A stretch of 64,000 nucleotides of DNA from Bacteroidales bacterium (GTDB taxonomy: Bacteria > Bacteroidota > Bacteroidia > Bacteroidales > VadinHA17): NCBI GenBank assembly GCA_035541795.1, contig DATKMR010000014.1, positions 214,029-278,028 of the forward strand, given 5' to 3'. The translations under genes were made by a program, and so were the position numbers. Shown piece by piece: positions 18,268 through 26,424 of this stretch; position 1 is the stretch's first letter; each line of letters starts with the position of its first letter. The notes beneath the pieces are model-generated. The model had not been told where the DNA came from and made no database searches. It saw only the letters and a list, made by a program, of their open reading frames with translations.

Positions 18268-20505
18268 ATGACAAACAGGAGACAATTTATTAAGATTTCG
18301 GTGGCCGGAGCAGGATTTATGGCAACAGGTGCCGGTACAATGAAGGCCATGGAATTGATCTCTCAGCCGGGGAATACCGGCAGCCTGAATCTTGATCTAA
18401 AGAGAACCCCTACCTATTGTGAGGTTTGTTTCTGGAAATGCGCTGGCTGGGTATATAAAAAATCCAACGGAAAAATCTGGAAGATAATTGGGAATGACCA
18501 GGACCAGCATTGTAACGGCAGGCTGTGCCCGAGGGGAACCGGAGGTGTCGGAATGTATAATGATAACGAGAGATTAAGGACACCGCTGCTAAGGACAGCA
18601 GAAAGGGGAAAACAAATTTTCAGGGAAGCAACCTGGGATGAAGCTTTTGACTACATCGCGGGAAGGATGAAGGAAATATCAGTAAAATACGGGCCATCTT
18701 CAATGGCTCTGTTCACTCATGGTTCCGGGAGCTCATATTTTACAACACTTCTTAAAGCTTATGGCTCCGAGAATATTGCGGAACCATCTTATGCCCAGTG
18801 CAGGGGACCGAGGGATGATGCCTTTTTTGCAACCTTTGGCGAGGAAGCCTATTCTCCTGAAATAACTGACATAAGGAATACAAAGTGCCTTGTTCTCATT
18901 GGGTCACACATAGGAGAAAATATGCATAACGGTCAGATACAGGAAATGTCCGATGCCATTGATAACGGAGCTACGATAATTACTGTTGACCCAAGATTTT
19001 CAACTGCTGCAGGCAAATCGAAGTACTGGCTGCCGATTAAGCCATCGACAGACATCGCGCTGCTGCTGGCCTGGATGCACGAGATTATATATAATGAATA
19101 CTACGATAAAAAGTATGTGGATAAATATTGCACGGGGTTTGATCAGTTAAGGGAACATGTGAAAAATTTCACTGCTGAGTGGGCTTATGGAATAACAACA
19201 ATCAGTCCCGACAAAATCAAACGTACAGCCAAAGAAATGGCAAGCGCAGCACCTGCAGTCATAGTTCATCCGGGACGCCATGTAACCTGGTATGGCGATG
19301 ATACCCAGAGAATCAGGGCTATTGCAATACTAAATGCCTTACTGGGTTCGTGGGGTCGAAGGGGGGGATTCTACAGGCCATCAAAAGCATCGGTGCCAGG
19401 ATATAAATTGCCTGGATTTCCAAAACCATCCAGGACATGGCAGGATGCTTTTCCCGGCAAGTTTCCGATAGCCAGTTCGCCGGTTTCAAATGTGCTCATC
19501 GATGCCTCGATCCCGGAAAATAATCCGGGTTATCTGGTAAAGGGATGGATTGTAAACGGCACTAACCTTATCTCGACTATTCCTAACCAGGCAAATACAA
19601 TAAAAGCTATTCAGAATCTGGAACTACTGGTTGCAATTGACACAATGCCCATGGAGATAACTGGTTGGGCTGATGTTGTATTACCTGAATGCACATATCT
19701 TGAAAGGTATGACAGCCTGAGAATCAGCCCGCACAGGAAACCTTCCATCGCTTTAAGAATGCAATCGACTGAACCTTTGAATCAAACCAGGCCGGGTTAC
19801 TGGATTGCCAGGCAATTATCATTGAAGCTTGGGCTTGAAAGCTATTTTCCGTTTGAAAAACAGGAAGATTTGCTCGACTGGCAGTTAAAACAGGTTAAGT
19901 CATCGCTTGAGGAAATGCAAAGTCTTGGGGTTAAAAACTTTGAAAGGGAAGCCGATGACCTGTACTTTGCAGAGGATGAAAATGTGCAATTTCCTACTGA
20001 TTCAGGCAGGATAGAGCTGTTCTCAAAATCTCTTGAAGCCGCAGGTTTTGATGCAATGCCAAAATATACTGCTCATGAGGAGCCACAGGACGGCTATTAC
20101 AGGCTTATCTATGGCAGGGCACCAATGCATACTTTCAGCAGAACATCAAATAACCCCAATCTCACGGACCTTATGCATGAGAACAGCGTCTGGATTAACC
20201 CAAAAGTCGCGAAGGAATGGAGTCTTGTCACTGGACAGTATATATGGCTTAAGAATCAGGATGGAGTCACTACCGATTTTCCAATAAAAGTGAGGGTCAC
20301 TGAAAGAATTAGGTGGGATTCGGTTTATATGGTCCATGGATTCGGGCATAAGCAAAAACAAATGAAGAGATGCTTCGGAAAGGGGGCGAGCGATACACAA
20401 ATGATAACAAAAGTTCTTTACGATCCGCTGATGGGCGGAACCGGAATGAGATCGAATTTTGTAACGTTTGTAACAGAGAATGCAGGGAAGGAGGTATCAT
20501 TATGA
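18268..20505 (+). CDS. Tat-exported molybdopterin (bis-MGD) oxidoreductase catalytic subunit, PsrA/PhsA-like
   Basis: Tat leader MTNRRQFIKISVAGAGFMATGAG, an N-terminal FeS motif CEVCFWKC...C....C, and DMSO-reductase-family length and motifs. The stop overlaps the next start (ATGA 20502-20505). Confidence 0.9.
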   Translation: MTNRRQFIKISVAGAGFMATGAGTMKAMELISQPGNTGSLNLDLKRTPTYCEVCFWKCAGWVYKKSNGKIWKIIGNDQDQHCNGRLCPRGTGGVGMYNDNERLRTPLLRTAERGKQIFREATWDEAFDYIAGRMKEISVKYGPSSMALFTHGSGSSYFTTLLKAYGSENIAEPSYAQCRGPRDDAFFATFGEEAYSPEITDIRNTKCLVLIGSHIGENMHNGQIQEMSDAIDNGATIITVDPRFSTAAGKSKYWLPIKPSTDIALLLAWMHEIIYNEYYDKKYVDKYCTGFDQLREHVKNFTAEWAYGITTISPDKIKRTAKEMASAAPAVIVHPGRHVTWYGDDTQRIRAIAILNALLGSWGRRGGFYRPSKASVPGYKLPGFPKPSRTWQDAFPGKFPIASSPVSNVLIDASIPENNPGYLVKGWIVNGTNLISTIPNQANTIKAIQNLELLVAIDTMPMEITGWADVVLPECTYLERYDSLRISPHRKPSIALRMQSTEPLNQTRPGYWIARQLSLKLGLESYFPFEKQEDLLDWQLKQVKSSLEEMQSLGVKNFEREADDLYFAEDENVQFPTDSGRIELFSKSLEAAGFDAMPKYTAHEEPQDGYYRLIYGRAPMHTFSRTSNNPNLTDLMHENSVWINPKVAKEWSLVTGQYIWLKNQDGVTTDFPIKVRVTERIRWDSVYMVHGFGHKQKQMKRCFGKGASDTQMITKVLYDPLMGGTGMRSNFVTFVTENAGKEVSL

Positions 20506-21035
20506 GATATGCAATGGCAGTTGATACCAGGAAATGTGTGGGATGCAGCGATTGTGTTGTAGCCTGCCAGACTGAAAACAATGTACCATCAGGATTCAGC
20601 CGCGACTGGGTGGTGGAGAGGCTTAACGGGACGTATCCCCAGCTTGAAATTGAATTAAGATCGGAAAGATGCAACCATTGTAATAATGCTCCTTGTGTCC
20701 GTTGCTGCCCGACGGGAGCAAGTCATTTTGCTGAAGGTGGAATTATTCTCGTTAATCATTCAAAATGCATCGGCTGTGGAGCTTGTATTTCTGCCTGCCC
20801 TTATGATGCAAGGTACCCGCATCCCGATGGCTATGTCGATAAATGCACATTCTGTAACCATCGCCTTAAAAATGGGCTTAGCACCGCATGCGCTGATGTT
20901 TGTCCGACAAAATGCATCTACTTTGGCGATTTGGATGACCCTAACAGTTCAGTAACCATGATCCTGAAGCGGAGGAAGTATAAGACACTTATTCCTGAAG
21001 CAGGTACAGATCCGAGACTCTATTTTCTCATTTAA
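20502..21035 (+). CDS. 4Fe-4S ferredoxin-type electron-transfer subunit, PsrB/PhsB-like
   Basis: Four Cys clusters (CVGCSDCVVAC, CNHCNNAPCVRCC, CIGCGACISAC, CTFC....C..VC). I take the start at MRYAMAVD; the track's upstream extension from 20370 overlaps psrA. Confidence 0.9.
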   Translation: MRYAMAVDTRKCVGCSDCVVACQTENNVPSGFSRDWVVERLNGTYPQLEIELRSERCNHCNNAPCVRCCPTGASHFAEGGIILVNHSKCIGCGACISACPYDARYPHPDGYVDKCTFCNHRLKNGLSTACADVCPTKCIYFGDLDDPNSSVTMILKRRKYKTLIPEAGTDPRLYFLI

Positions 21036-21056
21036 AACTCCATAATACGGAATAAC

Positions 21057-21998
21057 ATGAACGAAGAATTAATAGTCAGTGGCAGAAATAACCTGATGGT
21101 GGACCCGCACCTTAACATCTGGCACTGGCCAATTCCTCTCTATCTCTTTCTCGGTGGAATGGCTGCTGGGATACTGGCAATAGCAGCCATATATTATATC
21201 AGGGGAAGAGAGGAGGATTACAAAGCTGCTGTGAGGATTACTCCGATGCTGGCTCCTTTTCTGCTTGTTCTCGGACTGCTTGCATTGTTTCTGGACCTCA
21301 GGCACAAAGCCTATTTCTGGCAATTGTATGTGAATATTAAGCTGCAGTCACCCATGTCGTGGGGTGCCTGGGTACTGATGGTAATCACCCCCGTCTCATT
21401 TATATGGGCAGCGTTGCACATAAGGGAACTGTTCCCAAGATGGGACTGGAAATACAGTGTGCTTTACTCTGTCGAAAAGTTCTTCATCAGGTATAAGAAA
21501 ATACTGGCCTGGGTTATGCTGATTTACGCATTAGTACTAGGTATCTATACAGGAATTTTGTTATCAGCATTCAATGCACGGCCGTTCTGGAACACTTCAA
21601 TTCTGGGGCCCTTATTCCTGGCATCCGGACTTTCGGCAGGTGCCGCTGCAACCCTGATAATATCAAAAAATACTGATGAAAGAAAACAGTTCGCGAGGAT
21701 AGACCTCGTACTGATAGGGATTGAATTATTCCTGATCATTCACATGTTTATGGGATTCCTGGCAAGTACACAGGTTCAGATTGATGCGGCTAACATGTTC
21801 CTCGGTGGCCCTTATACTACAGTGTTCTGGATATTTGTTGTTATCATGGGAATGCTAATCCCTGCATTGCTTGAAGTTCTGGAATTAAGGAAATACCACA
21901 TTCCTGCTATTTTGCCGGCAATACTTGTAATCTTCGGCAGTTTCATGCTGAGATTCATTATAGTATTTGCAGGTCAGGCAAGCCGGTGGCTATATTGA
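21057..21998 (+). CDS. NrfD/PsrC-type quinol-interacting membrane subunit
   Basis: 313 aa with about 8 TM helices, in the typical position after the A and B subunits. Confidence 0.85.
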   Translation: MNEELIVSGRNNLMVDPHLNIWHWPIPLYLFLGGMAAGILAIAAIYYIRGREEDYKAAVRITPMLAPFLLVLGLLALFLDLRHKAYFWQLYVNIKLQSPMSWGAWVLMVITPVSFIWAALHIRELFPRWDWKYSVLYSVEKFFIRYKKILAWVMLIYALVLGIYTGILLSAFNARPFWNTSILGPLFLASGLSAGAAATLIISKNTDERKQFARIDLVLIGIELFLIIHMFMGFLASTQVQIDAANMFLGGPYTTVFWIFVVIMGMLIPALLEVLELRKYHIPAILPAILVIFGSFMLRFIIVFAGQASRWLY

Positions 21999-22039
21999 AA
22001 ATCACTGATCGGGAAAATTATTTTATAATAAACCTAAAT

Positions 22040-22561
22040 ATGGAAGTTAAGAAAATAAAATACCTTAATCCCTATGTAGGAGGGGTATTATTAGGTCTGG
22101 TCTTGCTGGCTGCCAATTTTGTTTCGGGCAGAGGGCTTGGGGCAAGCGGTGCAATTAAAAGCGTGGTTGTAACCACCATGACGACGGTAGCTCCGCATGC
22201 GGGAGAAAACTCGGGATTTGTCAGGGAATTCCACCAGTCCCATCAGGGAAACCCGATGAAAACCTGGCTGGTATTCGAAATGCTTGGAGTTCTTGTTGGT
22301 GGATTTCTTTCAGGGACATTAGCAGGAAGACTTAAATTCAAAGTTGAGCATTCACCGAAAATAACCTCAGGAAGAAGGCTTGTCCTTGCTCTGGGAGGCG
22401 GTGTTCTATTTGGATTCGGATCCCAGCTGGGGAGAGGCTGTACCAGCGGATCAGCCCTCAGCGGAATGGCAGTGCTTTCACTTGGGGGATTTATTACAAT
22501 GATGGCAATATTCGGCACGGCCTTTGCCTTCGCATATTTCTTCAGAAAAAACTGGATTTAA
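22040..22561 (+). CDS. YeeE/YedE family protein (half-size, first of a split pair)
   Basis: GRGCTSGSALSG motif and 4 TM helices. ATG 22040 is preferred over the upstream start. Confidence 0.8.
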   Translation: MEVKKIKYLNPYVGGVLLGLVLLAANFVSGRGLGASGAIKSVVVTTMTTVAPHAGENSGFVREFHQSHQGNPMKTWLVFEMLGVLVGGFLSGTLAGRLKFKVEHSPKITSGRRLVLALGGGVLFGFGSQLGRGCTSGSALSGMAVLSLGGFITMMAIFGTAFAFAYFFRKNWI

Positions 22562-22574
22562 AAATAAATTGAAT

Positions 22575-23165
22575 ATGGGACCACTAGTTGCAAATGATAT
22601 AATATCAGAAAACACGAACCTGTTTCTGGCTTTTATTATAGGTATCGGGTTTGGTTTTGTTCTTGAGCAAAGCGGATTTTCTTCCAGTAAAAAGCTGGCC
22701 GGGGTTTTTTATGGATATGATACGGTAGTATTAAAAGTGTTCTTTACAGCTGCAATTACAGGAATGTTAGGTTTGCTTTTTTTCAGCCTCTTCGGTTGGA
22801 TTGACCTTAGCTCGGTTTACATCAACCCGACGTACCTGCCTTCTGCCATCCTTGGCGGCGTTATTATGGGGTTAGGCTTTATAATGGGTGGCTATTGCCC
22901 CGGCACAAGTTTTTGTGGAGCATCAATCGGTAAAATAGATGCCCTGGTTTTCATCGGGGGACTCTTTATCGGTGTATTTATCTTTGGTTTGGGATATAAA
23001 CTCTGGGAAGGCATCTATATGGCAAAGTTCATGGGCTCACCTAAAGTAAGTTCAGTTCTGGGTTTGTCCGACGGACTTTTTGCACTCCTGCTGATTATCG
23101 TTGCCCTGGTAATGTTCAGGGTCGCAGAGTGGGCTGAAAAAAAATACCCTGTTGAAGATTATTAG
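22575..23165 (+). CDS. YeeE/YedE family protein (half-size, second of a split pair)
   Basis: GGYCPGTSFCG motif and polytopic topology. ATG 22575 is preferred. Confidence 0.8.
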   Translation: MGPLVANDIISENTNLFLAFIIGIGFGFVLEQSGFSSSKKLAGVFYGYDTVVLKVFFTAAITGMLGLLFFSLFGWIDLSSVYINPTYLPSAILGGVIMGLGFIMGGYCPGTSFCGASIGKIDALVFIGGLFIGVFIFGLGYKLWEGIYMAKFMGSPKVSSVLGLSDGLFALLLIIVALVMFRVAEWAEKKYPVEDY

Positions 23166-23182
23166 AATTTAAAAATCATACT

Positions 23183-23806
23183 ATGAAACCACGTACATTA
23201 CTGGCATTATTTCTGATCCCTCTTGGACTTGTGATTGCTGCCGTGCCGCAGAATACAACCAGGCCTTATAAGCTGACTGCAGACCAGCTTCTTTCAGAAG
23301 TTAAAACCAGGACTCAGTATATTGCGCCTGAAACCGTTGCCGATATGCTTGTAAAGAAGGATCCGACTCTCAGGTTGGTTGATGTCAGGAGCCAGGATGA
23401 ATTTGAGAAATTCAGCCTTCCCGGGGCGGTTAATGTTCCTATACCTGACTTGTTAAATGACAAGTATACTGAGATTCTGAATCAGGATTCAAAGATGAAC
23501 GTCTTTTACTCCAACGGTACGATTACTGCAAATGAGGCATGGATGGTGACCCGTCAGTTGGGATATAAGAATAACTTTGTACTTGAAGGCGGACTCAACT
23601 ACTGGTTTGATGCAATTATGAATCCTCAGAAACCTGTATCTACAAGTGCGGATGAGGAGTTTGCAAAGTATGATTTCAGAAAGAGTGCCGGACAGGCCCT
23701 GGGCGGAGGAGGTGTGATTCAGGCTGAAAAGACACAGCCCGGTGCTGCTTCAAAGCCGACTGTAACGGCCGGGCCTAAGAAAAAGAAGGTAGCAGGCGGA
23801 TGTTGA
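23183..23806 (+). CDS. Membrane/periplasm-targeted rhodanese-homology-domain protein lacking the active-site Cys, with a Gly/Pro/Lys-rich tail ending in GGC
   Basis: N-terminal hydrophobic signal or anchor. The rhodanese pattern LVDVRSQDEFEKFSLPGAVNVP....VFYSNGTITANEAW...LEGGLNYW has Ser where the catalytic Cys sits. The only Cys in the protein is its last residue. Confidence 0.75.
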   Translation: MKPRTLLALFLIPLGLVIAAVPQNTTRPYKLTADQLLSEVKTRTQYIAPETVADMLVKKDPTLRLVDVRSQDEFEKFSLPGAVNVPIPDLLNDKYTEILNQDSKMNVFYSNGTITANEAWMVTRQLGYKNNFVLEGGLNYWFDAIMNPQKPVSTSADEEFAKYDFRKSAGQALGGGGVIQAEKTQPGAASKPTVTAGPKKKKVAGGC

Positions 23807-23819
23807 ATCAGAGATTCAT

Positions 23820-24410
23820 ATGTACGAGAACTTTTCAGGAATTATTCTGGCGGGCGGAGAAAACAAGAGATTTGACGGCATAATCAAATCTCTTTCTTAT
23901 ATTGATGGCAAACAGATTGTTAAAAGGATTATTCTGGTGTTGGAGCAATTGTTTCCTGAAATAATCATAGTAACAAATTTACCCGGGGAGTTCAGGGAAT
24001 TTTCCCGGTTTAAAATCGTAAGTGATAAGATCATTGGTAAGGGCCCTTTGGGTGGAATACACGCGGGTCTGGAGGCTGCTGCAAATGAGCTTTGTTTCGT
24101 TATTGCAGGTGACATGCCTTTCCCCGACAGGGATATCATTAAGGGTATGATAGATGAATTCTCTGATTCAGAACCTGAGTTGCTCATCCCGAAATTAGGA
24201 TCGGGAATTGAACCTTTGCACTCTATTTGGCAGCGTAAGATCAATCAGAAGCTAGAATCTTTCCTGCTTTCAGGAGACAGGAATGCAGTGCGGGATTTTA
24301 TAAAAACGGCGGATATTAAATATTATGAAATTCAGGAATCCGAATCAGCCAGAATTGCTTTTACCAATATCAATTACCTGAAAGATATTGTTTCACCGCA
24401 TAAATTTTAA
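23820..24410 (+). CDS. mobA: Molybdenum cofactor guanylyltransferase
   Basis: GIILAGGENKRF..., GPLGGIHAGL and AGDMPF motifs are typical of MobA. Confidence 0.8.
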   Translation: MYENFSGIILAGGENKRFDGIIKSLSYIDGKQIVKRIILVLEQLFPEIIIVTNLPGEFREFSRFKIVSDKIIGKGPLGGIHAGLEAAANELCFVIAGDMPFPDRDIIKGMIDEFSDSEPELLIPKLGSGIEPLHSIWQRKINQKLESFLLSGDRNAVRDFIKTADIKYYEIQESESARIAFTNINYLKDIVSPHKF

Positions 24411-24420
24411 ATGTTACTGA

Positions 24421-24450
24421 AGCCCGTAATCATTAACGGGTTCGTTTTTT
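24421..24450 (+). terminator. Probable intrinsic terminator after mobA
   Basis: Stem AGCCCGT / ACGGGTT (includes one G-T pair) followed by CGTTTTTT. Confidence 0.45.
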
Positions 24451-24483
24451 CAGGGATTGTTCTTCTTTTGCTAACTTTCGGCC

Positions 24484-25161
24484 ATGAAAAACGAATGCGG
24501 TGTTTGTACAATAAAGTCCAAGGCAGCGTCTAAACTGAATCCTGAAGAGACAGACAAACTTTCCATCAATTGTGCCCTGGTAAAGTTTGCAAAAGGGGAT
24601 TCGCTTATCAAACAGGGGACCTTTTCGACAAATGTTGCATACCTGAGAAGCGGGCTTGTAAAAATACATATCAGCGGACCCTATCATGAACAGATCGTCA
24701 GGATTGACAAGGCTCCCACATATCTGGGTTTACCCACGACCTTTGGAGACAAGATAAACCAGTACTCTGTAACGGTTATCGAGGAGGCTGAAGTTTGTTT
24801 CATTGATGTTGATGTATTCAGGTCTTTGCTCAGGACAAATCACGAGTTTTCTTACGAGATAATGCTTGAGTTATGCAGGAATGAACTTGAAGTGTTTAGC
24901 AGGTGTGCATGCAGGACTCAGAAGCAGATAAGGGGAAAAATGGCAGATCTCCTTCTCGAAATGGCCGATCGGATATATAAATCTGACAGGTTCAGGCTGC
25001 CACTCACACAGGAGGAGATTGGCAATCTCGTTGACTCCAGCAGGGAAAGCATAAGCAGGGTGCTCTCGGAATTTGACAGGGATAAGATCATTAAGATTCA
25101 GGGAAAGAAGATCGAGATTTTAAACAGAAAATCACTCTCCCTGATCAGCGCAAACGGCTAA
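24484..25161 (+). CDS. Crp/Fnr family transcriptional regulator (Cys-rich)
   Basis: cNMP-binding-like barrel plus C-terminal HTH (QEEIGNLVDSSRESISRVLSEFDRDKII). It has an N-terminal CGVC and further Cys residues (SRCAC). Confidence 0.85.
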   Translation: MKNECGVCTIKSKAASKLNPEETDKLSINCALVKFAKGDSLIKQGTFSTNVAYLRSGLVKIHISGPYHEQIVRIDKAPTYLGLPTTFGDKINQYSVTVIEEAEVCFIDVDVFRSLLRTNHEFSYEIMLELCRNELEVFSRCACRTQKQIRGKMADLLLEMADRIYKSDRFRLPLTQEEIGNLVDSSRESISRVLSEFDRDKIIKIQGKKIEILNRKSLSLISANG

Positions 25162-25485
25162 GAATTATTCAGGGAAGATCATTTTTAATATGCTGGTTCA
25201 TCGGATTTTTTTATCCGTAGGGCTGTAACTGCGTTACAAAGTGTCACTACCAAATGTCGTGGGATATATAATAAAATCCTAAATTTTCAGACAGAAAAAC
25301 TTGACTTTGATTCTTCCCTGTCTTAATTTTATAGGTGCAATCCAATGTCTAAAATAATGTCTGTCAAAGGAGATCGTGGTTCAGCCATGGAGCATTTTAT
25401 TGAACATTACCTTACCCTTAGTTTTTGATATTGACAAGAAGGGGGTACTGTCTTTAAGGAAGGTAAAACATTTTTCATAATAGTC

Positions 25486-25704
25486 ATGAGCATGAATAAT
25501 AATTCTTATCGTGGTGTTGTTAAAACAAAGCAACAGATGGCGGATGAATTTGGTATCTGCAGGAAGACTTTCAACAGGTTAATGCTGAAAAAGAACATCA
25601 GGCTGGAAAGGGGGTTGATATACCCCCGCGACCAGAGGAGTATCTACGAGGCACTTGGCTCACCCGGCGATCAGGGCAAGATCTCTGCAACTCCTAAATT
25701 GTAG
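25486..25704 (+). CDS. Small HTH-like protein, DUF4248-like (typical of Bacteroidota mobile or phage-derived regions)
   Basis: 72 aa. KQQMADEFGICRKTFNRLMLKK......YPRDQRSIYEALGSP resembles the DUF4248 pattern as I remember it. It is an isolated ORF in a 1.26 kb otherwise non-coding stretch. Confidence 0.4.
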   Translation: MSMNNNSYRGVVKTKQQMADEFGICRKTFNRLMLKKNIRLERGLIYPRDQRSIYEALGSPGDQGKISATPKL

Positions 25705-26424
25705 CATCGGAACGTTCCGGACCTCATTTCTGGCAAAACAGCGCTCCTGATGCAAAAATCCATTGGAATATCTCCAGCGGGGGAGGTGTATAACTTAAAG
25801 TCCCCTGGGATTCCAGTAGGTTAGTAGCTTTTAGAGGTTCCTGCCGAAGCTAGTAATCCTTTATTCTACAACTATTTCACTGCTGAGGGAATCTGAACTG
25901 AGAATTCCCGAAAGGCAATCCAGCCTCACTCATTATTTAAAATTGTCAATTTGACAAATCGCTTCCCGCACACAAAACCGGAATAGTCGTCTTCGTCAGA
26001 CCAAATCGGCGGGCATGAAGTTTGGGTTAATTGGCTTTGCCGGGCTCACCGCCAAGGGCGGTTCGGTTCACTGGTGCTTGCACCGGAAAGGAGTCCAGAG
26101 CTTCCGCGAGAGCTGTAGCCACTCTGCGGAAGCTCTGCTCTAGGGTTCAAACCTGTTGATTGCCTGGGTTTGATTTATTATTACGAAAATAAAACATGCA
26201 ATGGGAATTTTTGGGAACAAATGGGAATTCTTTGAACTGGTTTTATTAAGCTATTTCTTGTTCGAGCTTAAAAATCTGAAGGTTAGTAAACATAATGGTT
26301 CATTAACCAAATTGACACGGTTGACTTTAAATGTTTCATGGTTTATTTTTGTTAATGTCAAGTCTTGAATGTCTTAGGTCAATATTCGCTTCCATTTCAA
26401 TATAATTCCTTTCGTATATTAACT

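Noticed and set aside
20370-20501. Upstream extension of the FeS-subunit ORF (track start 20370)
   Set aside because: The extension overlaps the 3' end of the catalytic-subunit gene in another frame and has no ferredoxin-like sequence. The ATG at 20502, which overlaps the upstream stop as ATGA, gives a normal PsrB N-terminus (MRYAMAVDTRKCVGC).
25162-25500. Search for a direct repeat of the tRNA-Pro 3' end (TCGGGGTGATCCGACTTGAAC on the plus strand) at the left island border, as expected for a classical integrative element
   Set aside because: I could not find a match longer than 6 nt by eye, and there is no integrase gene. The island is therefore reported as compositionally and functionally atypical, not as a proven mobile element. 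A computed alignment is needed.
26083-26100. CCGGAAAGGAGTCCAGAG, which resembles the RNase P RNA GGAAAGTCCGG conserved region
   Set aside because: It has a 2-nt insertion relative to the conserved block, and I could not find the other universally conserved RNase P segments nearby.
26015-26143. 42-codon ORF (MKFGLIGFAGLTAKGG...) inside the GC-rich hairpin region
   Set aside because: It is short, has no recognisable motif, and coincides exactly with the stacked hairpins. An RNA or DNA structure is the more economical explanation.
26140-26156. GGGTTCAAACC, which looks like a tRNA T-loop, raising the possibility of a tRNA fragment or att site
   Set aside because: The flanking bases do not form a T stem (TAGGG versus CTGTT) and no acceptor arm follows. 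It is also on the opposite strand to tRNA-Pro, so it cannot be a direct repeat of its 3' end.
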